Positions 1 through 10,429 of a stretch of DNA of 64,000 bases are shown piece after piece. Numbering within the stretch: position 1 is the stretch's first letter; each line of letters begins with the position of its first letter. Under the pieces are notes generated by a model. The model did not search any database. It saw nothing but the letters and a program-made list of their open reading frames with translations, and had not been told where the DNA came from. The stretch lies in assembly GCA_050246755.1 (NCBI GenBank), contig JBFWVL010000004.1, positions 32,001 to 96,000 of the forward strand, read 5' to 3'. This DNA is from Bacteriovoracia bacterium (GTDB lineage: Bacteria; Bdellovibrionota; UBA1018; CAIPTA01). A program made the position numbers and the translations under genes.

Positions 1-465
1 CGCCACGGCATCCGTTTTCGGGCGGGGATGTGTTTCAATACTCTCTCTGGTATCCAGGTGCGTGACGCCATGATCACTTACGCCGATCCGATTCCTTTCC
101 AGAGCTCGCTCGGCGATGCCTATAAGCGCTTGATGGAATCGAAATTTCCCGTGCTGCCGGTGGTAAAAGACGGCCGGATGCTCGGCATGGTTTCACTCTC
201 GGATTTTTACGGCCTCGATGCCTGGAGGAAGCTTGGCGAAGAGAGCCAGGTGCATAACCTAGTGGGCGTGGAAGAAATGCTCAAGCCCGCGCGCGTGAGC
301 CTGCATCCCGAGATGAATTTGGAAACGGCTCTGCAAAATATGAGCGACGAAGAATGCGTGCCGGTGGTGGAGGGAGATTCGGTCTACGTGGGTCTATTAG
401 TAAAGAGCGATCTCGTGAACCTGTATAACAAAGAAGTGGTGAAGAAAGCGTTTCGTCGCAATTAG
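1..465 (+). CDS. C-terminal CBS-pair region of a larger protein, probably a CLC chloride channel (5' partial)
   Basis: Frame is open from base 1 (RHGIRFRAGMCFN...). Two CBS motifs (FPVLPVVKDGRMLGMVS; CVPVVEGDSVYVGLLVKSDL). The RHGI...IQVRDAM linker resembles CLC-CBS junctions. Confidence 0.65.
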   Translation, partial: RHGIRFRAGMCFNTLSGIQVRDAMITYADPIPFQSSLGDAYKRLMESKFPVLPVVKDGRMLGMVSLSDFYGLDAWRKLGEESQVHNLVGVEEMLKPARVSLHPEMNLETALQNMSDEECVPVVEGDSVYVGLLVKSDLVNLYNKEVVKKAFRRN

Positions 466-564
466 TCCACTTCCTCTTGTCCGAAAATCGATCAAAATAT
501 TGCTGCGCATTAGGAGGAAATTCCGTTGTGGCCATGCACCGTTTCGAGTTAACTTTCGTGCCTC

Positions 565-2949
565 ATGGAACCCTACCTCCTCGGATTAAATGAACCCCAG
601 CGCAAAGCGGCCCAGGCCACCGAAGGGCCCGTGATCGTGCTCGCCGGCGCGGGTTCCGGAAAAACAAAAATGCTGATCACGCGCGTGGCGCATTTGATCA
701 AGCAGGGGGTGGACCCTTCCACGATTCTCGCGGTTACTTTCACGAACAAGGCCGCCGCCGAAATGAAAAAAAGGGTGGAAACCATCCTGCGAGAGATTCA
801 TGCCGGCCGCCAGCATCACCAATGGGCCCAGCCCTGGATGGGTTTTTCCCACGTGCTGCCGGAAGTTTCCACCTTCCACTCTTTTTGCGTGAAGCTCCTA
901 CGCAACGAGCTGTCCGCGCTCGGGTTCACGCGTCCTTTCGTGATCTACGACGACGACGACGTCTATTCTCTCATCAAGAAGGTGCTCGAAGAATTCGATA
1001 TCAATACCAAGAATGCGAATCCCAAGCGCTTTAAGGGCTTGATCGACCAGATGAAATGCCAAGCCATCGGTCCCGAGGAAGTGGATCCCGCGGATTTTTT
1101 CGGCCCGATCGGTGAGCAGCTCATCAAGGTATACCGCCGCTACCAGGAAGTTTTGCGCTCCAGCCAGGCCCTGGATTTCGGTGATCTCATCGTGGAGGCG
1201 TATAAACTGCTCCGCGATAATCCCGCGATCCTGGCTAAGTACCAGGAGCATTTCAAATATTTGATGGTCGACGAGTACCAGGATACGAACCGCGCCCAGT
1301 ACCTGCTCGTGAATATTTTGGCTAAGAAATACAAAAATATTTGCGTAGTGGGCGATGAAGACCAAAGTATTTACAAGTGGCGCGGCGCCGACATCAAAAA
1401 TATTTTGGACTTCCAAAAAGACTATCCCGAAGCGTTGATGGTGAAGCTCGAGCAGAATTACCGCTCTACCCAGACGATTATTTCGGCCGCTTCCGCGGTG
1501 ATTAAGAACAATAAGTCCCGCTACGATAAAACTCTCTGGACCGATAACGAGCCGGGAGACAAAATCCGCTGGGCCCAGTTGCCCGACGAACGCTCTGAGG
1601 CCGAGCACGTGGCGCGTGAGCTCACGAGCTGGCTGCGGGAGAATCCCGGAAGGTCTTTCGCCGACATCGCGATTTTCTATCGTTCTCACGCGCAGTCGCG
1701 GGCGCTCGAGGAAATCTTTCGCCGCCAGCGCGTAGCCTATAAAATCGTGGGCGGAGTAGGATTCTACGAGCGCCGCGAGATCAAGGATGCTTTGGCCTAC
1801 CTGCGGGTTCTGGTGAATCCCGATGATTCCGTTAGCCTGCTCCGGATCATTAACGTGCCCGCGCGCGGAATTGGAAAGACCACCCTCGACAAAGTGGAGC
1901 AATTCGCCACCAAGTATAAGCTTTCCTTTTATGCTGGCATGAAGAAGATGCTGGGCGGCTCCGAGGAAGCTGGTTCCTTGCCGCCGAGCGCCCAGAAAAA
2001 ATTAATCGAGTTCATGAAGCTCCTCGACGGCTTCCGTGCGCTCGCGCAGCGATCCTACGTGGGCGAGATGTTCCATCACATTCTCGACGCCACGGGATAC
2101 GTGAACGAGCTCAAGGCCGAAGACACCGATGAAGCGAAAGCCCGCATCCAAAACTTGGAAGAATTCGATACCGTGATCCAATTTTTCGAAGAGGATGCCA
2201 AACGCCGCGGGATGAAACCGGAAGAGGGGATGCTCCAAGGTTTCCTCAATCAAGTTACCCTGGAAGCTTCTTTGTTGGATAAGGGCGCGGAAGAGCCTAG
2301 TACCGGTTCGGTTTCGATGATGACCCTCCATTCTTCGAAGGGCCTCGAATTTCCGCTCGTGTTCCTCGTGGGCTGCGAAGAAGGAATTTTCCCTTCGAAA
2401 ATGGCGATGAGCGAGGAAGATTTCGATTCCGAAGCCATCGAAGAAGAGCGCCGTCTATGCTACGTGGGAATTACCCGCGCCATGGAACGGCTAGTGATGA
2501 CCAGCGCCAATATGCGCCGCATCTATGGCCAGATCCAGGTTTCTCCGCCTAGCCGTTTTCTCCTTGAGATCCCGGAACAATTCATCCAGCGCGATGTGAA
2601 GAAAGGGGACGCTTCCGTGGCTTCCCAGTTCAATGTGCGCACGGTTTGGGAATCGGAACGTTCCCGCGGCTTTCCTTCTTGGAAGGGAAAAGGCAAAACC
2701 GAGGGGGAGGGCGGCCGCAAATATGATTACGGGCATGAAGCCGCCGCGCCTACCTACGAAGTAAAGGCCGCCGCCGATGCCGAAGGTACCGAGATCAAAG
2801 TAGGGCAGAAAGTGAAGCATGCTTCCTATGGGGCCGGCACGGTGAAGCAGCTTGAAGGCTCAGAGTCGGATCGTAAGGTGACGATCGAGTTTAGTGGGCG
2901 CGTAACGAAGAAATTTTCGCTCAAGCACGTGCAGCTCGAACTGCAGTAG
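565..2949 (+). CDS. pcrA: ATP-dependent DNA helicase UvrD/PcrA
   Basis: SF1A motifs AGAGSGKT, TFTNKAA, VDEYQDTN, VGDEDQSIY, LEQNYRS, TLHSSKGLEFP, EERRLCYVGITRA; C-terminal Tudor-like domain (VGQKVKHASYGAGTV). Confidence 0.95.
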   Translation: MEPYLLGLNEPQRKAAQATEGPVIVLAGAGSGKTKMLITRVAHLIKQGVDPSTILAVTFTNKAAAEMKKRVETILREIHAGRQHHQWAQPWMGFSHVLPEVSTFHSFCVKLLRNELSALGFTRPFVIYDDDDVYSLIKKVLEEFDINTKNANPKRFKGLIDQMKCQAIGPEEVDPADFFGPIGEQLIKVYRRYQEVLRSSQALDFGDLIVEAYKLLRDNPAILAKYQEHFKYLMVDEYQDTNRAQYLLVNILAKKYKNICVVGDEDQSIYKWRGADIKNILDFQKDYPEALMVKLEQNYRSTQTIISAASAVIKNNKSRYDKTLWTDNEPGDKIRWAQLPDERSEAEHVARELTSWLRENPGRSFADIAIFYRSHAQSRALEEIFRRQRVAYKIVGGVGFYERREIKDALAYLRVLVNPDDSVSLLRIINVPARGIGKTTLDKVEQFATKYKLSFYAGMKKMLGGSEEAGSLPPSAQKKLIEFMKLLDGFRALAQRSYVGEMFHHILDATGYVNELKAEDTDEAKARIQNLEEFDTVIQFFEEDAKRRGMKPEEGMLQGFLNQVTLEASLLDKGAEEPSTGSVSMMTLHSSKGLEFPLVFLVGCEEGIFPSKMAMSEEDFDSEAIEEERRLCYVGITRAMERLVMTSANMRRIYGQIQVSPPSRFLLEIPEQFIQRDVKKGDASVASQFNVRTVWESERSRGFPSWKGKGKTEGEGGRKYDYGHEAAAPTYEVKAAADAEGTEIKVGQKVKHASYGAGTVKQLEGSESDRKVTIEFSGRVTKKFSLKHVQLELQ

Positions 2950-3070
2950 GTATAACGCGCCGCTTGATCGAGGCTCAAGAAGCATAGCGGCAATCAGGTC
3001 ATTTTCCCAAACGCGGGCTTGCTGCCAAACTCGAGCAAAGTTAATCTTTGCCATTCAAAATCGAGGTTTT

Positions 3071-3376
3071 ATGTCTGAACTCGTTTCGCCAGAAGTAACC
3101 CGGAAAATTGCGCATTTAGCGCGCCTAAAAATTACGGAGCCCGAAGTGGCCCAGTACACCAAAGAACTCGAAAAAATTCTGGGCATGATCGCCCAGCTTT
3201 CCGAGGTGAACGTGGATGGGGTGGAGCCTTTAGTGCACGCGGTGCAAACCGGAACGCATTTCCGGGAAGACGAGGCGATCCAGCTTCCGGAAGAAGAAGT
3301 AAAACGAATTTTGAATTGTTCGGAACAGTCGCTCTACGAACAGTTTCGCGTGCCGCAAGTGATTGGAGGCGAGTGA
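3071..3376 (+). CDS. gatC: Asp/Glu-tRNA amidotransferase subunit C
   Basis: KIAHLARL...LSEVNVDGVEPL...FREDE...FRVPQVI; lies directly upstream of gatA. Confidence 0.93.
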   Translation: MSELVSPEVTRKIAHLARLKITEPEVAQYTKELEKILGMIAQLSEVNVDGVEPLVHAVQTGTHFREDEAIQLPEEEVKRILNCSEQSLYEQFRVPQVIGGE

Positions 3377-4857
3377 TGCAATTCCCCCGTCATACTTTGA
3401 AGAAAGCCTGGGAATGGAAAGAACAGCTCAACGCCAAGAAAATTTCCGCCACCGAATTGGCCAAGGAGTATCTAAGCCGCGCGAAGGCCGATCAGACGAA
3501 TTCTTTTATCGGCCTCATGGAGAATGAGGCTCTGGCTGCCGCGAAGGAAGTAGACGCGGGAAAGCGGACGGGACCTTTGGCGGGAATTCCCATCGGCCTC
3601 AAAGACAATCTGGTTACCCTCGGCGTGCGCACGACTTGCGGTTCGAAGATTTTGGAGCATTATATTCCACCCTATAGCGGCACCGTGGTGAAGAAAATGG
3701 AAGCCGCCGGCACCTTGCCGGTAGGAAAGTGCAACCTCGATGAGTTCGCCATGGGTTCTTCCAATGAGAACTCCGCTTTCGGCGCCGTGAAACTGCCGCA
3801 GGACCATGCTCGCGTTCCCGGAGGTAGTTCCGGCGGCTCGGCCGCCGCGGTGGCGGGGAATCTTTCGGTGGTGGCATTGGGTTCCGATACGGGCGGCTCG
3901 GTTCGCCAGCCCGCCAGTTTTTGCGGGGTAGTGGGACTCAAGCCTACTTATGGACGCGTGAGCCGTTTTGGCCTAGTGGCGTTCGCTTCCTCGCTCGATC
4001 AAATTGGCCCGCTCGGCCTCGATGCCCAGGATACCGCCGATTTGCTCGAGGGCATTTCTGGTTTCGATACCTGGGATTCCACCTCGATCGAAAAGCCCGT
4101 TCCGCAGTATGGGAAAGCCGTGGAAAGAATCCGGAAAGATTCCGCGCACCGCCAGAGTTTCACCAAAAACCTACGCGTAGGCGTTCCTAAAGAATTTTTC
4201 GCCGATGGGCTGGATCCCACCGTGCGCCAGCAAGTGGAAAAAGCGATCGATGCCCTCAAGGGCGCCGGCGCCAAGATCGTGCCCATCACGCTGCCGCATT
4301 CCAAATATTCCCTCGCCGTATACTACGTGGTGGCCGTTTCGGAAGCCTCCGCTAACCTCGAGCGCTACGACGGAGTTCGCTATGGCACCCGCGTTTTACC
4401 TAACGGGCAGCAAACCACCCTGGAAGAAATGTACGAAGCCACCCGCGGAGAATTATTTGGTGCCGAAGTAAAGCGCCGGATCCTGCTCGGTACCTTCACA
4501 CTCTCTTCGGGCTACTACGACGCCTACTACCGCCGCGCCTGCCAAGTAAGAAATTTGATCACCCAGGATTTTGCGAAAGCCTTTCAGGAGGTAGACGTAA
4601 TCGCCGGTCCAACTACGCCCACCGTTTCTTTCGCGCGCGGCTCGAAAACCAGTGATCCGCTTTCGATGTACCTCTCGGATATTTACACCGTGCCCGTGAA
4701 TCTCGCCGGCTTGCCCGCCGTGTCGATGCCCTTCGGCACCGGGGAAAAGGGATTGCCCGTGGGGCTCCAGTTCATCGGCGCTCCGTGGAGCGAAGAAAAA
4801 CTACTCGAAACGGTGGCCGCCACCGAGATCCTCCACGACGAAGGGAAGGGAGCTTAA
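3376..4857 (+). CDS. gatA: Asp/Glu-tRNA amidotransferase subunit A
   Basis: Amidase signature GGSSGGSAAAV, LGSDTGGSVRQPA, EVKRRILLG. ATG at 3376 overlaps the gatC stop (TGATG). Confidence 0.96.
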   Translation: MQFPRHTLKKAWEWKEQLNAKKISATELAKEYLSRAKADQTNSFIGLMENEALAAAKEVDAGKRTGPLAGIPIGLKDNLVTLGVRTTCGSKILEHYIPPYSGTVVKKMEAAGTLPVGKCNLDEFAMGSSNENSAFGAVKLPQDHARVPGGSSGGSAAAVAGNLSVVALGSDTGGSVRQPASFCGVVGLKPTYGRVSRFGLVAFASSLDQIGPLGLDAQDTADLLEGISGFDTWDSTSIEKPVPQYGKAVERIRKDSAHRQSFTKNLRVGVPKEFFADGLDPTVRQQVEKAIDALKGAGAKIVPITLPHSKYSLAVYYVVAVSEASANLERYDGVRYGTRVLPNGQQTTLEEMYEATRGELFGAEVKRRILLGTFTLSSGYYDAYYRRACQVRNLITQDFAKAFQEVDVIAGPTTPTVSFARGSKTSDPLSMYLSDIYTVPVNLAGLPAVSMPFGTGEKGLPVGLQFIGAPWSEEKLLETVAATEILHDEGKGA

Positions 4858-4858
4858 G

Positions 4859-6328
4859 ATGCCGCAACCTACCTATAATGGATTCGAAACCGTAATCGGC
4901 CTCGAGGTGCACGCGCAGCTCGCCACCAATTCGAAGCTGTTTTCGGCTTCCCCCAATAAATATGGGGTGGCTCCGAATCGCAATATCAACGCCGTGTGCA
5001 CGGCGCAGCCGGGTGCCCTGCCGGTGCTTAACCGCAAAGCCGTGGAATTCGCGATCCGTGCTGGTCTCGCCACGAACTGCAAGATTCGCAACGTGAGCGT
5101 ATTCTCGCGGAAAAATTATTTTTACCCCGATCTTCCGAAGGGCTACCAAATTTCCCAGTTCGATAAACCGATCTGCGAAGAGGGACACCTCGAGATCGAG
5201 TTCGAAAACGAACCCGGCGTGCGAGAGTCCAAAAAAATTGGCATTACTCGCATCCACATGGAAGAAGACGCAGGCAAGAGCCAGCATATGGCCGGATTTT
5301 CTTTGGTGGATTTGAATCGGGCGGGAACTCCGCTCATCGAAATCGTATCGGAACCTGATTTTCGCGGACCCGCCGAAGCGGCTGCTTACCTGCGTAAGCT
5401 ACGCGCCATTCTCCAGTACATCGAGGTCTGCGACGGGAATATGCAGGAAGGAAACTTTCGCTGCGACGCCAACGTATCGGTGCGCCGGATCGGCGAGCAA
5501 AAATTGGGCACCCGCGCGGAGCTCAAGAACCTCAACTCTTTCCGGTTCGTGGAAAAAGCGATCGAATACGAGATCCATCGCCAGATCAACGTGATCACCT
5601 CGGGGGGGCGCGTGATCCAGGAAACCCGGCTCTACGATTCGGCCAAGAACGTAACCCAGTCCATGCGCTCTAAAGAGGATGCGCATGATTATCGCTATTT
5701 CCCGGATCCCGATCTGCCACCGCTGAACGTGGATAATGCCTGGATCGAAAAAGTTAGGTCCGCCTTGCCGGAGCTGCCCGACGCCAAGGCCCAGCGCTTC
5801 GTGAAAGAGTTCGGATTGCCCGAATACGACGCGAAAGTAATTACTTCTTCCAAAGCGCTGGCAGCGTTCTACGAAAAGGCCGTGGCGAAATCCTTAGGCG
5901 AACCCAAGCTCGTCTCGAACTGGCTGATGACGGAAGTACTCCGCAAGCTGAAAGAGAACGAAAAAGAAATCGAAGACTGCCCCTTCACTGCCGAAAATCT
6001 CGGGGAACTCGTGGCGCTCATCAAGGGCGGCGAGATTTCTTCCAAGATCGCGAAAACGGTATTTGAGGACATGTGGGCTGAAGGAAAAGCCCCGGCCGCG
6101 ATCGTGAAAGAGAAAGGGCTTGTGCAGGTATCCGATCCCGGCGTGATCGAAGATGCGATGCGCCGGGTGATGGCGGCCAGTCCTAAGAACGTGGAAGAAT
6201 ACCGCGCCGGCAAAGAAAAGCTGTTCGGATTCTTCATCGGGCAGATGATGAAAGAAACCCAGGGGAAAGCTAACCCGGGTCTCGTAAACGATATTGTGAA
6301 AGCCTTTCTTAAGGGAGAGAAGTCATGA
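4859..6328 (+). CDS. gatB: Asp/Glu-tRNA amidotransferase subunit B
   Basis: IGLEVHAQL, RKNYFYPDLPKGYQISQ, HMEEDAGK, DLNRAGTPLIEIV, YRYFPDPDL. Confidence 0.97.
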   Translation: MPQPTYNGFETVIGLEVHAQLATNSKLFSASPNKYGVAPNRNINAVCTAQPGALPVLNRKAVEFAIRAGLATNCKIRNVSVFSRKNYFYPDLPKGYQISQFDKPICEEGHLEIEFENEPGVRESKKIGITRIHMEEDAGKSQHMAGFSLVDLNRAGTPLIEIVSEPDFRGPAEAAAYLRKLRAILQYIEVCDGNMQEGNFRCDANVSVRRIGEQKLGTRAELKNLNSFRFVEKAIEYEIHRQINVITSGGRVIQETRLYDSAKNVTQSMRSKEDAHDYRYFPDPDLPPLNVDNAWIEKVRSALPELPDAKAQRFVKEFGLPEYDAKVITSSKALAAFYEKAVAKSLGEPKLVSNWLMTEVLRKLKENEKEIEDCPFTAENLGELVALIKGGEISSKIAKTVFEDMWAEGKAPAAIVKEKGLVQVSDPGVIEDAMRRVMAASPKNVEEYRAGKEKLFGFFIGQMMKETQGKANPGLVNDIVKAFLKGEKS

Positions 6329-8763
6329 AAAAGCTGTTTCTAGCCATCGGGGCCATTTTCGTTGTTCTCTTGGTGGCCGTGATTAGCGTGCCGCTCTTTG
6401 TGGACGTGGACCAGTACCGGCCCACCATCACCGCCGAAGCTAATAAGCGAATGAATGGCCAGCTTGAGCTCGGCCGTCTCAAGCTTTCGCTCTGGGGCGC
6501 GATTAAGATCCATGCGGAATCCATCGTGGTGAAAGTGAACGGCTTCTCGGAACCCATGCTGGATACCCAGCAATTTCACCTAGAAATCCCTTTTCTCTCC
6601 GTGCTTTCGGGCCGCCCGCAGATCATCGCCGTGCTCGATGCGCCGAAAATTTCTATTCGCAAAGAGGCGAACGGAAAAATGAATATTCTCGAGCTCATGA
6701 AAGCTCCTGGGGCCTCCGCTGATGCCGGCTTTTCGGCTGAGACCGAGCAAGCCGCCGCTTCCGACCACGTGAGCAATATTTCGGGCGCGCCGAAAAAAAG
6801 CGCGCCGGCGGCTAAGGAAAATACCGCTCCTATTTCTGCCGCTGCCGTGCCGGCCGCCACTCCGGTTCCCTCCGCTCCCGTTGCCGCCACCCCTAGCGAG
6901 CCCACGAAGGTTCCCTCCATCGTGGCCGGCGCCCGCATCGGCCTCACCATCAATAAAGGCGAAGTGCACTATGTGGACGTACTCGGAAAAAGCAAATATG
7001 ACGTGAACGGCCTCGATCTCCAGGCCCGTAATCTAGGTCTCGGCTCCACCATGGATATTTCCCTCACGGCGCCGTTAAAGGGCGCCATGCCCGACCTCAC
7101 CTTCGAAGGTCCGGTCTCGCTGGATGCGAATATCACTCCGGTGCTCGTGAACAATATGGTGAAAAGCGTGAAGGGCACTCTTTCAGCCGATGCCACCAAA
7201 CTCGCCGTGGATATGAAAGGCGGTCTTTTTCACAAAACGCCGTCGATGACCTTTACCGCGAAAACTGAAGTAGACGGCAACGAGCACGAAACGTTGATCA
7301 AGAGCCTAGAAGTTCGATTTCATAACTTCCAAATTCACGGGAAAGGCCGTGCTACCGCCGAGCCGGTTACGGCGCAGGTGGAAGTCACCACCGAGCCGTT
7401 CCGTCTCAATGATATCCAGGAATTCGTGCCCATGGTGATGGGCTATCAGCTGAAGGGCTTGGGCGGGCTGAACGTTAAGCTCGACTATAACCCTCATGGT
7501 ATTCGCGCGAATGGCGACGTTAGCGTGAAAGACGGATCTTTTTTTATGAAGGATGTGCTGAAGGCGCCCATGGATTTTCAGCTTCAGGGCGGATTTTCGG
7601 AAAATACCTTCAATCTCGTGCGGGCTTCTATCAGCGCGCCCGATTCGGATGTGCAGCTCGTGGGCGACGTAAAGAATTTTCTGGCGCCCCAGTTTGCCTT
7701 CTCGCTTTCTGGCAAAAGCTTCAACGTAGATAAAACGCTCGTGCTTCCCGCCGCCGGTGTGCCCGCGAAAACGGCGATGGTTTCCTGGATTGCCGAAGCC
7801 TTCGCGGAAGAGAAGAAGCCTTCCGAGGTAAATCCCATGCTCCCCCTAGCGAAGAACCCGGTGATGATGAATGCCTCGGGCACACTCGTGGGCAAGCTAA
7901 ATCGCGTGGTCGCTTACGGGGCCAATTTTGACGACGTGCACGTGAAGTCCCGTCTGCAGAATATGGTGCTCTACGTGCCGGAAGCCAGCCTGAAAACCTT
8001 CGGCGGCTCGGTGAAAGCTAATGCCGAGGCCGATCTGAAGGTGCCGGCGCTTACCTATAAAACCTCGGGTAGCATGGCCGGGATATCCGCTAAAGAGGCG
8101 TTTGCCTCGTATTTCCCCAAATACAAAAATACCCTCGAGGCCACCACCGACGCTACCTGGAATATAACGGGAGCCACCTATCCGCCGGCAATTCGCATGC
8201 GTTCGATCAGAGGCACCGCGAAATTATTGGCCAAGGATGGAGCCATCAAGTCCGTGGACTTCCAGGGCACCATCAATTCCGCCACCGATAAAGTGCCTTT
8301 CCTTAAGGGGAAGAAGGTGCAGATTGATGAAGGTTTCAAGACGCTCACCGCAGACTTGCGGTTCGATGCCGGAAATATCTACGTGGAGCCGATGGAAATG
8401 CAGCCGCGCGGAAAAGGATTCGTGATCAAGGGTAAATCCACGATCGCCGAAAATCTGGAGCAGGACTCTTACCTGGATCTATTTGATCCTCAAGGAATCT
8501 TGCCCAAGGAATTCCAAGCTCCGGGCAAACCCGCGATTGCCCTGCACCTCACCGGGCCGCTCACGGGCCCTCGTACCGACTATGAATATACCGTGAAGAA
8601 GCTCGCGGGCACCGCCGGGAAAAACGTACTGAAGGATCAGGCGTCGAAAGCACTTGGAAAATTCCTGGGCGGCGATGCCAATAAAACCGACGGCCAGAGC
8701 GGCAAGCAGGACGCCCTGAAAGACGCGGCCGATAAGCTCAAAAAGAAATTCTTTAAGTTCTAG
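6325..8763 (+). CDS. AsmA-family periplasmic protein with N-terminal membrane anchor
   Basis: N-terminal TM helix followed by VDVDQYRPTITAEA...LKLSLW (AsmA-like N-terminus); long beta-rich body; overlaps the gatB stop (ATGA). Confidence 0.75.
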   Translation: MKKLFLAIGAIFVVLLVAVISVPLFVDVDQYRPTITAEANKRMNGQLELGRLKLSLWGAIKIHAESIVVKVNGFSEPMLDTQQFHLEIPFLSVLSGRPQIIAVLDAPKISIRKEANGKMNILELMKAPGASADAGFSAETEQAAASDHVSNISGAPKKSAPAAKENTAPISAAAVPAATPVPSAPVAATPSEPTKVPSIVAGARIGLTINKGEVHYVDVLGKSKYDVNGLDLQARNLGLGSTMDISLTAPLKGAMPDLTFEGPVSLDANITPVLVNNMVKSVKGTLSADATKLAVDMKGGLFHKTPSMTFTAKTEVDGNEHETLIKSLEVRFHNFQIHGKGRATAEPVTAQVEVTTEPFRLNDIQEFVPMVMGYQLKGLGGLNVKLDYNPHGIRANGDVSVKDGSFFMKDVLKAPMDFQLQGGFSENTFNLVRASISAPDSDVQLVGDVKNFLAPQFAFSLSGKSFNVDKTLVLPAAGVPAKTAMVSWIAEAFAEEKKPSEVNPMLPLAKNPVMMNASGTLVGKLNRVVAYGANFDDVHVKSRLQNMVLYVPEASLKTFGGSVKANAEADLKVPALTYKTSGSMAGISAKEAFASYFPKYKNTLEATTDATWNITGATYPPAIRMRSIRGTAKLLAKDGAIKSVDFQGTINSATDKVPFLKGKKVQIDEGFKTLTADLRFDAGNIYVEPMEMQPRGKGFVIKGKSTIAENLEQDSYLDLFDPQGILPKEFQAPGKPAIALHLTGPLTGPRTDYEYTVKKLAGTAGKNVLKDQASKALGKFLGGDANKTDGQSGKQDALKDAADKLKKKFFKF

Positions 8764-9681
8764 ATGGCACTCCGGGCGGGCATTGATATCGGCACCAATA
8801 CCATTCTTCTCCTCGTGGCCGAGGTGGAGAATGGTAAGATCACTCGCGTGTACGAAGATAACGTGCGCGTGGTGCGGCTCGGACAGGGCGTAGACCAGAA
8901 CCGCGCCTTTCATCCCGATGCCCTCGAAAGAGCGCGCGCTTGCTTCCAGGACTATAGCGATCGGCTAAAAAAATACCCCGGCATCGAGGTTCGTGCCGTG
9001 GCCACCTCGGGATCCCGTGACGCAAAGAATAGCCCTGAGTTTTTCGAGGAAGTGCGCGCGAAGTACGGTATTCCCGTGCGAGTGATCAGCGGAGAAGAAG
9101 AAGCGCTGCTTTCCTTTAAGGGTGCGCTTCCTGATGGCATAAAAGATCCTCACTCGATCGCCGTACTGGATATCGGCGGGGGATCCACCGAAGCCGTTGG
9201 CCTCAGGCCAAATTCAGATTCTGAGTTATTTCGTTATAGCTTCGATATGGGTTGTGTGCGCCTCAGCGAGCGTTATCTAAAGTCGAATCCGCCTCTAGCT
9301 TCGCAGATCCAAGAGCTAGTTACTTTCGTGAAAGTGGATTTAGCTAAAAAGCCAGAGATTCTCGACGCGCTAAAGGGCAGAACCTTGGTGGCGGTGGCGG
9401 GCACGGCTACCTACCTCGCTTCGGCGAGCCTCGGCCTGACGAGATTCGATCCCGAAAAGGTACATGGGCATATTCTTACGCGCGCGGCGATTCAGGAGCT
9501 GATCGCGAAGTTCGCGAAACTTACTTCGGAGCAAAGGCTCGGGCTGGGCGGAATGGATAAGGGCAGAGCCGACGTGATTCTCGCCGGCGCCCTCATCCTC
9601 GACGAAGTATTGGCACGTGCCGGTTTGTCCAGCGTGCAGGTTTCGGTGCGCGGGCTCCGCTATGGGGCGGTGCTCGTCTAA
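8764..9681 (+). CDS. ppx: Ppx/GppA exopolyphosphatase / pppGpp phosphatase
   Basis: IDIGTNTILL, VATSGSRDA, ISGEEEA, DIGGGSTE, RADVILAGA, GLRYG. Confidence 0.92.
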   Translation: MALRAGIDIGTNTILLLVAEVENGKITRVYEDNVRVVRLGQGVDQNRAFHPDALERARACFQDYSDRLKKYPGIEVRAVATSGSRDAKNSPEFFEEVRAKYGIPVRVISGEEEALLSFKGALPDGIKDPHSIAVLDIGGGSTEAVGLRPNSDSELFRYSFDMGCVRLSERYLKSNPPLASQIQELVTFVKVDLAKKPEILDALKGRTLVAVAGTATYLASASLGLTRFDPEKVHGHILTRAAIQELIAKFAKLTSEQRLGLGGMDKGRADVILAGALILDEVLARAGLSSVQVSVRGLRYGAVLV

Positions 9682-9683
9682 AA

Positions 9684-9941
9684 CTACTGGCCGTAATTAC
9701 GCGTGAACGCCGCTCGCTGGCCGCGCTCTAAAGCCGCGCGGGATTCTTCCTCACGGGAGGGGCGGCGGCTAGGCGTGGCTTGGCGCGCCGGGCGCAGTTC
9801 CGCTTCGAGCCGGTGGGCAAGATGGGGATCGCGCTTACGCACGTTCGCGAGGATTTTCTCGCGAAAGGCCGCATCGGAACGATTGAGCATTTCTAGGACA
9901 CTGCCGAATCCGTCAAACGGAATACCTTCGTTCTTGCTCAT
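9684..9941 (-). CDS. Small protein resembling a FliG middle-domain fragment
   Basis: DGFGSVLEMLNRSDAAFREKILANVRKRDPHLAHRL resembles FliG GG..AAEILN..D...E..IL..L...DPELA..I; overlaps the upstream gene (ATGA). Confidence 0.5.
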   Translation of the reverse strand: MSKNEGIPFDGFGSVLEMLNRSDAAFREKILANVRKRDPHLAHRLEAELRPARQATPSRRPSREEESRAALERGQRAAFTRNYGQ

Positions 9942-10345
9942 GCTTTCCCCTTCTTGGTGATGTTTTCGTTGGAAACTAATTGTTCTTCGCGGATGGAGCT
10001 GAGTTTTTTCTCTCCCTGAATGCGCAGCTGATCCGCCTGTAAGCGGTAGGTGTCCTGGGCCTGCTTCAGGTTTATTTCATTTTGCTGGGAGAGCTGAGCG
10101 AGGCGCTGGGCTTGGCTGGAATTCAGCTCGTCCATCTTTCGGGTGAATTCTTCTTGCTGGGCGCCGAGCTCTACGCGAAAAGCGTTGGCCGTCGTTTTCA
10201 TGTCCCGCTCGTGCTTTTCCACGAGGGCTCTCATCTCTTCGTCTTGTTTCTTCTTGGTTTCGCGGAGCCTATAGTTGCTTTCTTGCTGCAAGCGCTCGGC
10301 GTCGGATACTTGCGCGGGGCGAGGGGTGCTATTTGCGGTTTCCAT
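9938..10345 (-). CDS. Hypothetical coiled-coil protein
   Basis: Q/E/K-rich helical 135 aa ORF preceded by an AGGAGG RBS. Confidence 0.65.
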   Translation of the reverse strand: METANSTPRPAQVSDAERLQQESNYRLRETKKKQDEEMRALVEKHERDMKTTANAFRVELGAQQEEFTRKMDELNSSQAQRLAQLSQQNEINLKQAQDTYRLQADQLRIQGEKKLSSIREEQLVSNENITKKGKA

Positions 10346-10429
10346 GTGGCCTCCTGCCAGAAAAAAGGGGGCCCAATCCTAGGCACCTTTCTTTCATTAT
10401 ACGAGGGGAAGAGATAGTTTGGAAAGAAG

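Noticed and set aside
898-1902. 334-aa antisense ORF, and similar ones at 10697-11380, 31670-32659, 27149-27826 and 56764-57510
   Set aside because: They overlap well-supported genes on the opposite strand and carry no recognisable motifs; typical codon-bias shadows.
6700-6920. Ala/Pro-rich low-complexity stretch inside the AsmA-family gene
   Set aside because: Ordinary in-frame flexible linker with no discrete repeat unit or insertion boundaries.
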